A stretch of 64,000 nucleotides of DNA from Mustelus asterias (GCF_964213995.1 NC_135806.1:79794001-79858000); one strand, 5' to 3'; shown: positions 36,906 through 51,460, counted from the stretch's first letter. Notes: generated by a model not told the origin, from the letters alone. Program-made: numbers and translations.

Positions 36906-38698
36906 AGTGTAGCCGCTCATGATGGCAAGATTGGGGGAGGAGTGTGGGGGGGGGGGGGGTGGGAGAGGGGGGGGGCAAATAAATATGGTTCAAAAAGTTC
37001 TCAACAGCGTCACAGGTGAAGAAAGTCTGTGCATCGCATTAACTATAAGGTGGAAGAAGGCTGCAGCAGTAATGTGATCCTGGTCATTGTGGTTCAGCAC
37101 TTCACCAAGGTATGACAACCAATCCATCAATGTCACATGGACAATGGCAGCACCTCAAGTTCCTCAGATTAAAGAAAATCATGCATAGATTTCTACAAGG
37201 GTCCATTTTTCAAGTCGTCTAGTAATGGAGAATTCATGATGGCAACAGGGCTGAGACTGGGAGTCCAGAGGAAAGAGGATTCACACAAGTGACAGATGCA
37301 TGAAGGCCATTGGACACTTTTGTTGGAATGGAGGTCTCTCTGTACAGTGATATCTGTGACTGAAAGGGTGTCCTAAAAATAGGATTCACACTTTCCCCTA
37401 GCTGGAGAACCCCAGCTTTTGGGAGATCACTGTCAGGGTGGTCAAAGAACGAAAACTTTAAATTTTGCAACTTCTAATATTAGAACACCCATGGTTAATC
37501 TCAAAAAAAGTCCACAATCACATCACGTGAGCGATCAAGACAACCAAGCTGACATCACCATCTTCCTGAAGAAGGGCAGGTGAAGGAACAAACAGGGCGA
37601 TACTCCTTCTGCTGAAAAGGAAATGCTGACAGAGACCCTCTTATCCACAGAGTTGGTTTTGCCATCTGGAATAGGATCTTGGATGCACTGGTTTAACAAA
37701 AGCAATGCTGAAATATGTGACCCCCGGAAAGGAAATGTGCAGCCTTCAATGTCTGGCAGAATAATAAAAGGTTGCAAGTCAAAAAGGCAGCATTCCAACA
37801 ACTCAAGGCTGACACCCAAAGACCAATCCTGAAGATAAAGGACATATGGTGGAAAGACAAAGCCTGTGAGATCCAGCAGCATACTGCCCATCATGAATCC
37901 ATGGGTGAACCACCATCGATAGGAAAGCTGCAACTAAGAATCAAATAGATGAAAAATAACAAAGCTTGGTATTCTAGCTGAGGAATTCAAACCCAGTGTG
38001 ATTTTGCTCACATCAAGACTCCATTCACTCATCCTACAGATTTAGGAGGAAAAATAACTCACCTGCCCCCAACTTCAAGAATGTGATAAATGTAACTATC
38101 ATTGAGAAGGATGATAAATCATGCTGTTGTCCATAGCAGAGAAAATCCGGACATGCATTCTCCAGAATCACCTACTTCCTTTGGCTGGGGAATCCCCCCC
38201 TGAGTTCACAGTGGGGTTTTAGACCTTCCAGAAGAACCTCTAACATGGTCTTTGCTGCCAGGAAAATCCAAGAATTTTTTTCAGAATGACACCAGGAACT
38301 TTTTATTGCATTCATCAACCTGAGCAAAGCACTGGACTCAGCAAATCACAAGGCTCAGTGGATGTCCAAGAAACTTCATCATGCTCCTGAAATTGCTTCC
38401 CGATCATAACAATGCAAATGTCCCAAGTGGAGATCTAAAACCTCTACTTTCAAAATCCAAACCAATATCAAGCAAGGCTGGATGTCAGTCCCCACACTAT
38501 TTATACTCTACCTGACAGTAATTATTCACCTCAAAGATCAACTGCCCTCTGGTGTGAGTATTAAATGCTGCCTAAATAGAGAACACTTTAACCTCAATCA
38601 CCTTTGTGCCAAAACTAAATTGCTCACTTGTAGACATACAGAATCTACAGATTGCAGATTACTGCAGCATCTTTGCCCACTCTGTACCAGATTTAGGA

Positions 38699-38771
38699 CA
38701 GTAAGGAGTCTAACAACACCAGGTTAAAGTCCAACAGGTTTATTTGGTAGCAAACGCCGGCATTTCCACAT
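38699..38771. mobile_element. Penelope family A minimal insertion (73 bp)
   Basis: cagtaagg... inverted end fused to the tail aacgccggcatttccacat; TSD ccagatttagga. Confidence 0.88.
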
Positions 38772-39162
38772 CCAGATTTAGGAGCCATGCTTAATCTCTT
38801 CAGTTCTGCATACAAGAGACTTAGCCAGTCCAAAACAAAACTCACATCAACCCAGATCTCATGAGCCAATTATTCCACCTCCCACATATGTTGAAGGTGA
38901 GACTTTGGAACATGTTAAGCACTTCCCATACCTTGGTAACCATGTCTCTCAAAGGGCCACCAACGATGAGGAGACCCAACACTGGATCAGCTGCACCAGC
39001 TCAGCCTTCTATAAACAATGGCAGTGACAACAAAAACCTCTGCAAGTCAACAATAGTCCTAGTCAGGTACAGAGCTGTTCTCGTTATCACAATCCTGTCC
39101 TGCATTAGACTGGGATTCTGTATCAGCAATATACAAGAGTGCTAGAAGATTTCCATCAGCAA

Positions 39163-39483
39163 GGGAGCAGCACGGTGGTGCAGTGGTTAGCACTGCTGCC
39201 TCACAGTGCCAGAGACCCAGGTTCAATTCCAGCCTCGGGTCACTGTCTGTGTGGAGTTTGCACTCTCCCCGTATCTTCGTGGGTTTCCTCCGGATGCTCT
39301 GGTTTCCTCCCACAGTCCAAAGACGTGCGGGTTAGATTGATTGGCCATGCTAAACTGACCCCCGTGTCAGGGGGATTAGCAGGGTAAATGAAGGATACGG
39401 GAATAGGGCCTGAGTGGGATTGTGGTCGGTACAGACTCAATGGGCCCAATGGTCTCCTACTGTACTGTAGGGATCCTATGATG
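39163..39483 (+). mobile_element. HE1-like SINE (tail A)
   Basis: Head, V-core and tail all present. Confidence 0.9.
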
Positions 39484-39751
39484 AATGCCTCTACTAAATC
39501 TCCAGATTCAATGTTAAAACTGCCAAACAACACTGGTGTCCTTCTTGAAGCCAGTTCCACAAGGATACAGGCAAAACTCCTGCAAAATGGATAGGAAGCC
39601 ATGTCTGATGGCCAAAAACGACCTCTCCTGTTTTCTCAACTCTCAAATGGCTACATTTCAGGGAGCATAAAGAAGATCCTTCAAAGACACTCCGAAGCTC
39701 TCCTTGAAATGCAGCAGCATTGAGATTAATGACTGATTAATGACCCTGTTT

Positions 39752-40092
39752 AAGATGGTTTGATAGGATAGACAGTGAGAGATTATTTCCATTGGTTGAG
39801 AAGTCTGAAACAAAGGGCCACAATCTGAGGATAGGGGACTAATCACGTAAGAGTGAGATAAGGAACTTACTTCACGCAAAGAGTTGTGAATCACTGTAAT
39901 TCATCACCCCAGCAGGTTGTGGATGCTCCATTATTGAATATATTTAAGTCTGGGGTAGACAGAGTATTGGTCTGTCAGAGGATAGGGGAAGCTGGCAGGA
40001 AAGTGGAATTGTAGCCCAAGATCAGTCATGAATGTATTGAATACTGGAAGAGGCATGAAGGCTGAACAGTCGACGCTGCTTTTTGTGTTCTT
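39752..40092 (+). mobile_element. CR1 3' fragment
   Basis: Degenerate ORF2 end and 3' UTR. Confidence 0.7.
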
Positions 40093-41334
40093 GAATGTTA
40101 GTTGTTCAATCTGCTTCCTGGGGTCAGGTTGATTGCTTGCCCATGACTGGCTTTTGCTAAACCTGGAAATTAGCAAGTTGGGATCATATCTGAGCTTTTT
40201 GAATTTTTAACATTTCATTGACCCCCAACCCACCCATTTATGTGAGTGAAGATTTAGTCCCGATAATTTTAATCCTACCATTTGTGTTGCTATGGTCTTC
40301 TGGCTCTAATTCTGTTTTGTTGGTGATGAAGTACATGTTATAATAATGATCAAGAAGAAGTCTCTTCATGCAGCAAATATTTACTGAATCACTTCAATGA
40401 GCACAATGCGTCAATCAGTATGATGCATTATCGTGACTAAAATGTCGCATAGCTCTTCTAATTTTTCTCTCTTTTCCAATTTGACAAACATCCCTGAAAC
40501 TACCAGGGCAAAAGAACTGGTGATTTTATTTTTAAAGAATCAATAATTCAAGCTTCATAAAAGGAAATGATAGGTTAGAAATTAATATAGTGATATCAAT
40601 GGATGAACACTCAGCACTTTTGTAGGACATTATTTAGTCCACTATTTCAGTAGTGGCTGTTAAACAGTTTAATACCTGTATTGGAATAGTGGATGGTAAA
40701 ATATTACACAGGTGTACTAATCATTCCCTTGCGAATAGGATCAATAGTGATTTCTCACTTAAAACAGCTTGGGTCAAAAAATAAATCAGAAATCTGTCTA
40801 AAACTAATCATGGATTTATTTTTGAATAATTCTAGCAACAATATAGTTCACTAACAGGTCCACCAATTCTCACATTCGGTGGCTGTCTATTTGCAATATG
40901 TTTTGCTTTGCACTATGGGAAAAGTTTTGCCGATGCATTTGTGCAGGGATCCTGGACCCTGACGACTGACAGTTGGAAAAATAACTTTCTGAAGGCACAG
41001 CAATTTTTTGAACATCCCAACTGTCATTGGTGACTCTCCCTCCCACCATCAGTTCCAATGCTTGGTCATCTCTACCCATCCCCATCTCAATACTCTGCCA
41101 CCCCTCCCCATCCATCCCGTGTCCCAATCCTCTGCCACCTTGACCCATTCATGCCAAGAATAAAATTTGTTCTATATTATATGAATAAACTAATTGGTTA
41201 CTTATGTGGCATTGTTGGCAGACACAGTTCATTTGAAATGACTTGACATCCCGAAAATATCACATTATTTGATTGGCATTCTCAACCAGACGTAGTCCAC
41301 TACACTATTTATTTATAGTTATTTATATACTTTC

Positions 41335-41630
41335 TGCTGCCATCACTAAGATTGCCTATTTCCAGCTCTGCAACATTACCCGTCTCTGTCCCTGCCTCAG
41401 CTCTGGTGCTGAAACCCTCATTCATGCCTCTATTACTCCAAACTTGATTACTCTAACATATTCTACTTTCTGTAAATTTGAGGTAATTCAAAATCTGTGT
41501 CCTGACTGACACCAATGTCATTTACCCATCATGCCTGTGTTCACTGACCATTGTTTCCTGGATAAGCAATGCCTCGATTTTAAAATTCTGAGTTTTATTT
41601 TCAAATTCCTTCATGGCCTCATCCTTCCAT
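41335..41630 (+). mobile_element. L2-clade LINE fragment
   Basis: ITKIAYFQLCNITRLCPCLSSGAETLIHA, an L2 ORF2 C-terminal motif. Confidence 0.7.
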
Positions 41631-42109
41631 AGGAACATTCCAGAGGAACGCCCTCCAAGATAGCTGCGTTCCTATAATACCATCGCAATCAACCTCAATC
41701 AGCAGGTAAACAAAACTAGCAATGGAAAATCACCTTATACCATATTTCTATCATAGCACTAATATTCTGAGGGTAACTGGAGATTGAAGATTACTCACCA
41801 GAGAAGTATTATTAGTATCTGATATGGTAAATTTGGTCACTTTTCGTCAACTTATTTTGAAACATATTTAATCAGTCGATATATAATGCAAATTATTTAT
41901 TTCTAAATGGCAGTTAAAATAATAATGCACATTGTGTCTATACTTTTCCTTGATGTATTTCTCTATAATAAATGACTCTAATAACTAGCTTACTGCACTA
42001 TAATTAGGAAGCTGCAAACACCCAGGATAAAAATTCAATGAAGATAATTTCTGGGCCTAGGCATTGTAATGCGTGATTACCCCACATCCAGTAGAACAGT
42101 TCTCTATTG

Positions 42110-42515
42110 CAAGTCCTGTTCAACAATCACCCCGTGTTCACTGATTTACATTTGTCCCCAGCCAAGCAACATCTCGATTTTAAAATTCACATCCTTGTTT
42201 GCAAACTCCTCCATGGCCTCATCCCCCCCTTTCTCTGTAGTCTGCTCCAGCTCCATCACCCTCCGATATCTGTGCTCCTCTATTTCTGGCCTCTTGCCAA
42301 TTTTACTACTCCACCACTGGTGACCATACCTTCAGTGGCTTAGGCCCCAAGTTTGGTGATATCCTCACTACCTCATATCATTCCTGTAAGACACTCATTA
42401 AAATTACCTCTCTGAAAAAACTTTTGATCATCTGATGTAAAATCTCGTTATGTGGCTCAATGTGAAGCACCTTGGGACATTTCATTGTGTTAAAGTCATT
42501 ATGTGAATATATGTT
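42110..42515 (+). mobile_element. L2-clade LINE 3' fragment
   Basis: PVFTDLHLSPAKQHLDFKIHILVCKLLHG motif; tail tgtgaagcaccttgggacatt...gttaaag. Confidence 0.7.
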
Positions 42516-43099
42516 GATGATATCACCAGCAGGATGTTTTATGCATGGTCACATATTAGCTACATGTTCATGGACTAGTAACCTTTGCAGTTACAGTACA
42601 ACTCCCTGTTAATATGGGGCCACTGCAAAGCCCCGAACATGGGAATCCCATTAACCTGCGAAGCCACATGCACATGTTCCTGCTTCTTGCTGCTAATTCT
42701 CTCTCCTGGTCTACGGAGCTTCTGTAACCTCCCTCCTGCAACAAAATACAGGTTGAAGAGTTGGCAATGTTACCTACCCACGCCTGGAAGGATCTGCTGA
42801 CACTGGAATAGAGTTCAATGCTGTTTAACTTCACAATACAATCATAGAGCGGTTACAGCACAGAAGATGGCTATTCAGCCCACTGTGTCTGTGGAAGCTC
42901 TCAAAGGAACAATCACCTACTGTCATTCCCCCAACTCCCTGTTCCGCCCAAACCCCCAACAGATCTTAACCGCTGTAATTTCCTTTAAAATTTTGTTCCT
43001 CTACATCTTTCTCACTATTTGGTGCCCTATAGGCTACAAGGAGCAATGTAATTGCACATTCTTTGCGCATTAGCCAAATAGATGCTCTCTCCTTAATCA

Positions 43100-44340
43100 A
43101 TACTGCCATTCCTTCCTTCCTAGATGCCTTGTATGTAGGAGTCCTACTATTCTTTGAGCCAGGTCTCCATTATCATCACAACATTACATTTCTACATGGC
43201 TATCTGCTCCTGCAACTCACCAATCTTATTCACGGCACTTTGTGCAGTAACAGTAATTTCAACTTTATGACTTTCCCCCTTACACTAAACTCACCTCACA
43301 CCTGACTATTTGCTACGCTGGTGCCTTCTGTCTCTCCCTGTATTCCATGCACCTTGGAATTTTTCCCTAGTATTTCTTCTGGTTCCTACAGCATGTTCAA
43401 GTTTGTCTTACACTCCCCAAATGACCCTACATGGAAATTAGTCCCAGCTCTGTTTATATGCAACCACAGTAAGAGTTTTAACAACACCAGGTTAGATGGA
43501 GTGGAAATCTTCACTCCATCTGACGAAGGAGCAGCGCTCCGAAAGTTAATGGCATTTGCGGCCAAATAAACCTGTGGGACTTTAACCTGGTGTTGTTAAA
43601 ACTCTTACTGTATTTACCCCAGTCCAACGCCTGCATCTCCACATCATATATGCAACCAGACAGATCTCCCCCAGAACTGATCCCAATGTCCCAGGAATCT
43701 AAAACGTTTCCTCCTGCACTATCTTTTCAGCATGCATTAATTTGCTCAATCCTCCCATGTTTATATTCACTTGTGCATGGTAACAAGAGAAATCCAGAGA
43801 TTACTACTTTTGAGGTCCTGTTTGTTAATTTCCTACTGAACTCACCAAAATCTGACTGCTGGACCACAACATTCTTTCTACATGTGATGGTGGTGCTGAT
43901 GTGAACCACAACTACTGACCCTCCCCCCTCAGAGGGGCCATTCAGTGACATCCTTGACCCTGTCCGCGGAGGGACATCATGCCATCCTGGATTCACATCT
44001 GTGGCCACAGAAATATCTGTGTGTTTCCCTATCAAATTTCCCATCACTATTGCCCTCCCAGTTGCCTCCTTCTGTACAGCTGAACTACCTGCGGTGCTAT
44101 GGAACTGGCTCAGGCTGCACTCCCCAGATGAACAATCACTCTCATCAGTATTCAGAACTGAATGCTGGTTGGAGGGTGAGATGCACATCGGGGACTCCTT
44201 CGCTACCTGCCTGTTTCTTTATAGCTGTATGGTGGTCACCCATTCCCTCTCTCCATGCATATTCTTAAGCTGCCATCATTAAACATGCTAACTACATTGT
44301 GCATGATTCTACCGCACATGACATGTCCATGTCTTATGGG
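43100..44340 (-). mobile_element. CR1 5' region: ORF1 (SGNH/esterase-like) and start of ORF2
   Basis: ORF 43727-44188 reads RAIVMGN...VVVVHIST...RTSKVVISG.LL, typical of the CR1 ORF1 esterase-like domain. Confidence 0.75.
43467..43646. mobile_element. Penelope family A short fold-back with hammerhead (43516-43552)
   Basis: cagtaag start, tail ending catctccacatca, TSD tatatgcaacca. Confidence 0.88.
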
Positions 44341-44644
44341 TGGCGGGTCCTGACAGTACCCGTTTACTGTCACTGCCTGAGACAACTTTCTACTCCTTTC
44401 TTTTCACTTTCTCCTAAGCTCAGACAGTTAAGCCAATTCTAACTTAATTGATGCCACAGATGTAATCAGCTAACTCAGCACCAGATCAGCACTCTTGGTG
44501 CAACATGTGGTCTACTTCAGCATTAGCCAGAAGCAGTGGTCATATTTATATTTTGCAGCTTCCAGCTTCTTTAGTGCTGACACCATAGTGAAACTACACA
44601 GCTGAATTTCATGGCTCTCATACTAACTACTTTCAAATGATGCA

Positions 44645-44993
44645 GGTGGCACGGTAGCACAGTGGTTAGCACTGCTGCTTCACAGTTCAGGGACCCAGGT
44701 TCAATTCCAGCCTTAGGCAACTCTCCTATGTGGAGTTTACACATTCTCCCCATGTCTGCGTGGGTTTCCTCCAGTTGCCTCCCACAGTCCAAAGATTTTA
44801 GGTGGACTGGCCATGCTAAATTGTCCCTTAAGTGTTCCAAGACGTGTAGGTTAGATGAATTAACCATGGTAAATTCATGGGATGATGTGGATCCATGGGA
44901 TTACAGGGATAGGTCTGGGTAAAATACTCTTCAGAGAGTCAGTACAGACTCGACAGGCTAAACGGCCTCTTCTGCACTGTAGAAATTCGATGA
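44645..44993 (+). mobile_element. HE1-like SINE
   Basis: Head, core and tail all present. Confidence 0.85.
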
Positions 44994-45489
44994 TCTTGTC
45001 ACATCCAAAATAAAGGAAGCCAACTAACTTGTAATTTATAAATAATACCCACGTTATCATTGCCCTGAAGACAAAAAAGATAAAATATCATTTAGGTGTT
45101 TGCAAGAGAGGCAATTAATGATCAGTACAAGCTGATGCATTCTAATTGAGTGAAATGCTCATCATTAGTGTTGTGATTGGTGTGTTCTTGTACCTTCAGA
45201 AAATGATCCTGGTTGGAAACAGAAGGCAATATGCAGCCACAGAATATTATTACACTGGATAGATTTAATGGAAGAAGCAGCGTGTCATATTTTGTTGCTG
45301 GAGTAGCTAACATGGTGAATTTACTGCTAACAATCTAACCAGATTAACCTAAATAATGTTAACTGCTTTTCTATCTGAAGTAATAGATGGCAAAATTATA
45401 AGTGGGCTTTGCTGCAATGTTATAGCAAATGTAACTTATTTGACAAGCATTAAAAAATCTCTCATAGTGCCAAGTCAGTCTCTATCTTT

Positions 45490-45600
45490 TGTGATTGCCT
45501 GGCGGATAAATGTAGTACCCAGTCAATTCCTGGTCTGGGGCTGAGTTAGCTGATTTCATCTGCGTCATCAGTTAAAGCTGGAATTGGCTTTGGGAGAGAG
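45490..45600 (+). mobile_element. Possible LF-SINE-like relic
   Basis: tcaattcctggtctggggctgagttagctgatttc resembles the LF-SINE 5' core as I recall it. Confidence 0.35.
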
Positions 45601-45877
45601 CGAGAAAGAAAGAGATAGGAATTCATGTCGGACTGTAGTACCAAACAGACAGTATCAGATCAGTCACCCATCATACAGAGCTCCTGCTATTCAGTTCCAT
45701 TGATCCGATACCAAACTGCCCAAGGCAAATGTCTATCCCAAACAGAGAGTCAGGGCCTCCCACTGGCAGCAACACTTTTTGACAGGTGCAAGCATGTTAA
45801 ATGCAAATAAGGGAAATATTATAGAATGTTGAGATGCTCTCACAGTTGAGTGGCCTCTGTTTCTAAGCTCAGTCATT

Positions 45878-46125
45878 GAATCATAGAATCACTTCAGTGC
45901 AGGAGGAGGCCATTCGGCCCATTGAGTTTGCACTGACCACAATCCCACCCAGGCCCTATCTCTATAATCCCATGCATTTATCCCAGCTAGTCCCTCTGAC
46001 ACTAAGGGGCAATCCACCTAACCCGCACATCTTTGGACTGTGGGAGGAAACCGAAGCACCAGGAGGAAACCCACGCAGACACGGGGAGAATGTGCAAACT
46101 CCACACAAACTGTGACCCAAGCCGG
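45878..46125 (-). mobile_element. HE1-like SINE, 5'-truncated
   Basis: Reverse-complement core and tail. Confidence 0.85.
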
Positions 46126-47597
46126 GATGTCAGTCATGAGGCCTGGCTATTTGAATAGTATACCAGGGAATGTCAGCACCTCCAGATGTTGCCATCAGCA
46201 AACCTGGACATATTTGGAGGGGAACATGGAAAATAAAACATCCATAGGTTGACAAGGTCAGTTTCTATATTTTTCTTCAAACAGCTGGGACAAGATGGTG
46301 GCGGTGGGACATGCAAAATGAAAAAAAGACCAAGCAGCCCATTTTGATACAATGGACAGGTAATAGGGCAAACCCTCATGTGCTTTAACCCATGTTTAAC
46401 CAAGTCTCTGCGCCAACCCGACATTTCTATTTCCAACAACAAAAATCGTATAGCTTCTCAGTGAAATTCTCCAGTTAGTATCATTGGCGTACAGTCATTG
46501 GCGGTTTTGGACTATAAAACCATTGTCCTCTGGGAATTGAATAGAGACCGGCCAAACTAATTCCACTTAAGCTCCTTAATAGCTGTCAGAAAAGAGGCTT
46601 TGAACTGGATTCACTAATAACAGGGAACTGCTCGAACCCAATGAACTATTCAATCACTATTTATTTGAATTTTTATCAAGGCAAAAGTTAGTAACCTTAT
46701 GCTTCATTGCAGTTGTTGATATTTAGTAAAATATAACCCTCTGTGTAGAACATGGACATTTCTATCAGGTAGCTGTGTGATCAGTTAGCTATTGCTCTTC
46801 AGTTTCTAATTAGCTTGAATTCAAGGGTGTAGCAAGCTCCTGGGACTATTGATTCCTAGGATGAATATATTTCAGTTGAGCCACAATGTGTCAGTGAATA
46901 ATAAGCTGTTCTCGGATATACTGTGGTTGGCATAGAAATCCACAGCCTGGATTCATCAGCAAATATTCAGGGGCTGGGCTTTTAGCATCTGCTGGGAACT
47001 GAAACAGAGACAGGTGGGTGTTAAAAATAGTATCACTGGTTGGCATGCCAGGTTTTCAGCACCATCCCTATCCCGATCCAAGAATATTATTTTCCCTCAG
47101 ACGGGATGGGCAGAAGGTTGGGGGGATTGGGGGGGGGGGGGGGGGGGGGGCGGTGAGGGAGAGGTGACAGCCTGATTAAAGTCATTAAGAATCCTTTAAA
47201 GCCAACTGAAGGTGGCTGACATTGATTTTCCAGTCGGCCTCCCGGCTCCCAGAGGTGGTCAGGGACAGTTTATCTGCCTGAAGACAGCCAACAGGTGGCA
47301 GACTGGTGGAGAAGGGACTAGCCCTCTAGGCAGACTGAGCGGCCCTCTCTACGTGCCTGGGTGCAGCAGCAGCTGTAGGCCAGCTGAAGGAAATGCCCCC
47401 ACTCTCCCAATCGGCCACACGGGTGGTCCCCGGCTGCAAAGGAAACCTTTTAGTACAAATCTGTCAAGATTGGAGTGATGACACCTCTGTTTTGAAGTGC
47501 CCTCTCCCTTATTCACCTGCCACAACAGGCTTTGTGATTCCATACTGATGGGGGGTAGTAGAGAATTTTTATTATGAGACCATTTATTTTAGTTTAC

Positions 47598-48368
47598 TGT
47601 AATAAGCAGACTAGGTAATTATAAAGTGCCTTGTGAGAATTCACAATGTGCCTGGAACAAAATATGCAAAGGTATTATAAACTGTACAACCACAAATTAA
47701 CCAAGTATTATAAGTTTAAATTATATTTTCTATATATGTATTGTGCCTTGGCCAACTTCGTTCTGAATGCAGCATGATGGGAAATGCAGTGGTAGACACA
47801 CCAATTTTTTTAATGCAATGGAGCACAGAAAGGTAGCTTCTGTTATCTTGGTTATTTGTTTTTGGATATGTGAAAGGCAACTTTAATAGGCCTGGTATTT
47901 AAAGGAGTAAATTCGTTCATGGGTAGCGAGGCTCTCAAGCTAATAAAGGAGGGCCTGGTTCCAGTGAAAGAGCGACTCCTCTCTCCAACTAAAGATCACA
48001 GATGTTAACTATGGCCTTGGTTACTAGTAATGACGTGGTTAGGTTTCCTAGGTAAAGGGGAAGGAACCTACATGGGCAATAAGCTAATAATCTCCTATTC
48101 CTGTTGACAGGTGGAATGTTATTGGCTAAGGTAATAATGGGTAATGTTGAGATTGGGCCCTCCACTCTGATTGACAAGACTGGGTAGGATATTGAAATGT
48201 TCAGAATAATATAATAATTTTACCTTGCAATATTAGCTCAGAGAGGACAGTCAATCCTCATTGACTGTGTCTCTCTCCTGATGCATGCATTAGCAAATAA
48301 ACTCCTTTTAGTTCTTTAACTATATACAGTCTTTCGCAGTCTATGTATTGGTTGAGTGAGGTTCAACA
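47598..48368 (+). mobile_element. Possible solo LTR
   Basis: TGT...ACA ends, TATA-like motif near 48209 and AATAAA near 48296. No clear TSD. Confidence 0.3.
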
Positions 48369-48559
48369 AAATACAGAGCACCCCAGGGGACACCTGAGAA
48401 AATTCCTCTTACACACTCTGGCCAAGAATTGGCAGCTCAGGGAAAATCAAATTGAGAGAAGTGTTCCCATATAGTACAGGCTTCTGGCTCCCATTAGCCT
48501 GATGGTAGGAATCAGAAGCTCATGGAGGAGATCCTGTCAGAATTCCCTAATTATTTAAA

Positions 48560-48895
48560 AAATAGAATGCTGCAGATGCGAAATCTGAAATAAAACTGAA
48601 GATGCTAGAAATGCCCAGCAGGTCAGACAGCATCTCTGGAGAGAAAACCAGAGTTAACTATTCAGGTTGATGAACTTTCATTAGAACTAGGAGAAGTTGG
48701 GGATGAAATAGTTGAGCAAGAGGTGGTTACCATAGCACACCTGCTCTAGGCACCTCTTTTGTGTCAGTTTATTTTCTTGCCTCATTATCATTCCCTTTGG
48801 CCTTGTAAGACAAATGTTTCTGTCATTCAATCTCTCCTGTCTCCCACTTTATCACAGACCTTTCTTTTGCCCATGTCCCTCCCAACTTTGTTAAA
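48560..48895. mobile_element. Degenerate Penelope family B terminal fragments
   Basis: tgctgcagatgcgaaatctgaaataaaac...cagcaggtcagacagcatct matches the 52100 end. Confidence 0.65.
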
Positions 48896-49666
48896 CCACC
48901 TGGGAGCCTGGGGAGCCTATAGTTAGTTCCCTGTCCTGATGAGTGCAAAATGAAAAGTTTTGGCAACATGCCTCTCTTTTCAATAATATTCAAGTTCTGT
49001 ACTAAAAACCTATATCTGTGTATTTTCTAGCAAGGGTTGGGGGAGGGGGGGGTGGTCAGCTGAATAGCAGTTAGCCATGTTAGACCATTTCTGATTTCCT
49101 TCTTCACTAGGGGCACCATTGGTACACCCATCATTATCTGTCATGAGATGAACTAATTAAGAGCATGCTGGGAATTGTACCTCCCTATGGCTGAGCACCA
49201 AAATTTATCAATGGTCAGTTTTTGCTTATTCTGAGGACAGCAACCCATGCAGTGGGTCTGGATTAGGTCAAACCATATAAATTTATGTTAACACATGCAA
49301 ATTGTCAATTTCAGATCTCATTGATCTTAATTTCCCTTATGAACAAGAAATGAGAGTTTTAGACTCATCAGTAAAATGCCCTAATGATTGCAGTGAGTTG
49401 AATGACTTACTTCAGAAACACTCAACAGTGCTAAAATCTTTGATGTTGCACTTATTATTTTATACATATCTAATAAAGCAATTAATGGCAACACTTTGAA
49501 CTGAAAACTCACAGTAAACACTAATGTTTTCCATTAGGCCAGTCTTGATAAGTTAAATTTACAGCATCTGTTACACTTGCTAAATCTGTTACACGATGCA
49601 AAATGTTTAATGCATTCAGTAACTGTAAGTAACAGCTATGGCATACATTTTACCTGGTCTTCTTAG

Positions 49667-49720
49667 CTGTTGGGATGGTACTGTCAGTGTAACAAGACTG
49701 GAATATCTTTGTATGAACAG
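49667..49720 (+). CDS. Candidate 54-nt exon of an unidentified gene
   Basis: Acceptor gtcttcttag and donor cag|gtaagt; open as LLGWYCQCNKTGISLYEQ. Confidence 0.3.
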
Positions 49721-50539
49721 GTAAGTTCTCACAAAATGAATTTGTACCCCGCATCAGTCAAGTCCAACCTTTAAAGTGAGGAACTGCATTCATGTGTTGC
49801 AACAAAGTGGGCCATGTATGATTCAAATGGTTCTGGGCTATGCAGAATCATGATTAATCATGTATAACATGATTTCTAATAAATAATTTCCATAAATACA
49901 GCATTTCAGCAAATTACTTCCAGAGATCACAGAATTTGAGAGTGTTGACAGCACCATGTCATGTTCGTTCTGAGCATTCATATAAAAATATCTATCTATA
50001 AAAAGTCAAACACCTACAGATCACAAAATTTATATACCCTCATAAAACATTCAAATGCTGTGCTGGAAAGTATCTCACTTACTATTTTTGTCAGCTGTTT
50101 TTTCCTTCCTGTTCTCATTATGTTGGCTCCATTTGGTGCTCTCCATTTTCCTAGCCTGGTCTGATTTGCTCTACATTGCTGCCATCCACTGTCACTGGCC
50201 AGCCAGCATAGTGTTCCTCCATTGTTGTGTGCCATTCCCCATATTACAAGTTGACCTGTATCACCAGTCTTTCATTCACAGTTGTTGTCCACTGTCATGT
50301 CCTTTCATCTCCATAACCTATTTGGCCTGTCTAGTGATCTCTGCCACAAACTACACTACTAAATTTCTAAAGAGAATGCAGAAACATTTTGAACCTATTG
50401 GCTGCAGGGAGTTGATAAAGGCTACATCATGATAGGTAGAATAAGATTGGTTATTCCCTCAGTTTTCTGAATCTACCATGACAGCAGTCCTTCCCTATCA
50501 ACCAAGCGCAGAAAGTTTAAAAAGCTGAAGCCAACAACA

Positions 50540-51460
50540 ATAGATGACACAAAAAGAGGTGGGAAGTCAAGTGGTGAGGGTAACACAAAGAGTGTAAAGA
50601 GTAATATAGACAGGTTAAGTGAGTGGGCAAAAATTTGGCAGATGGAATATAATGGAGGAAAACGTCAAAGTTATGAACTTTGGTAGGAAGAATAAAGGAG
50701 CTGAATATTATTTAAATGGAGAAGGACTGCAGAAAGTTGTAGCACAGAGGGCTTTAGGGTTCTCGTGCATAACTCACAAAAAGCTAGCATGCAAGTACAG
50801 CAGGTAATTGGGAAGGCAAATGGAATGTTGGCCTTTATTGCAAAGGGGATGGAGTATAAAAATAGGGAACTCTTGCTAAAACTATACAAGATACTAGTTA
50901 GACCACACTGGGAACACTGCAAACAGTCTTGGTCCCTTTATCGAAGGAAAGGTATAGTGGCATTGGACCCAGTCCAGAGAAGATTCACTAGGTTGCTTCC
51001 TGCTATGGAGAGATTATCTTCTGAGGAGAGGTTGAGTAGGTTGGACCTGTACTCATTGAAATTCAAAAGAATGAGAGGTGACCTTATTGAGACATTAATG
51101 TTCTCAGTGTAGATGCTGAGAAGTTGTCTCCCCTTGTGGGAGAGTCAAGGACCAGAGGACATAATCTCGGAGTAAGGTGTTGCCTCTTTAAGACAGAGAT
51201 GAGGAGGAATTTCTTCTCTCAGTGGGGAGTGAATCTGTGGAATTCTTTACCACAGAGAGCTGTGGAGGCTGGATTGTTAAATATGTTCAAGGCTGAGACA
51301 GACAGATTTTTAATCAGTAAGGGAATCAAGGGTTCCGGGGATAAGGCGGGAATGTGGAGTTGATGATCATCAAATCAGATCAGTCATGATCTCATTGAAT
51401 AACAGAGCATATTCAATAGACAAAGTGATCGATTTCTGTTCCTACACCTTGTGGTCTTAT
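50540..51460 (+). mobile_element. CR1 3' fragment
   Basis: ORFs 50765-51112 and 51124-51363 (KANGMLAFI, EMRRNFFSQ). Confidence 0.9.

Larger units (their letters stand above)
37480..39750 (+). mobile_element. Decayed RTE-clade LINE
   Basis: Degenerate motifs in the expected order: VGFAI (endonuclease), AFINLSKALDS, IKQG, HFPYLG, YRAV, LEDFHQ, FKDT. Interrupted by a Penelope fragment and a SINE. Confidence 0.7.
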
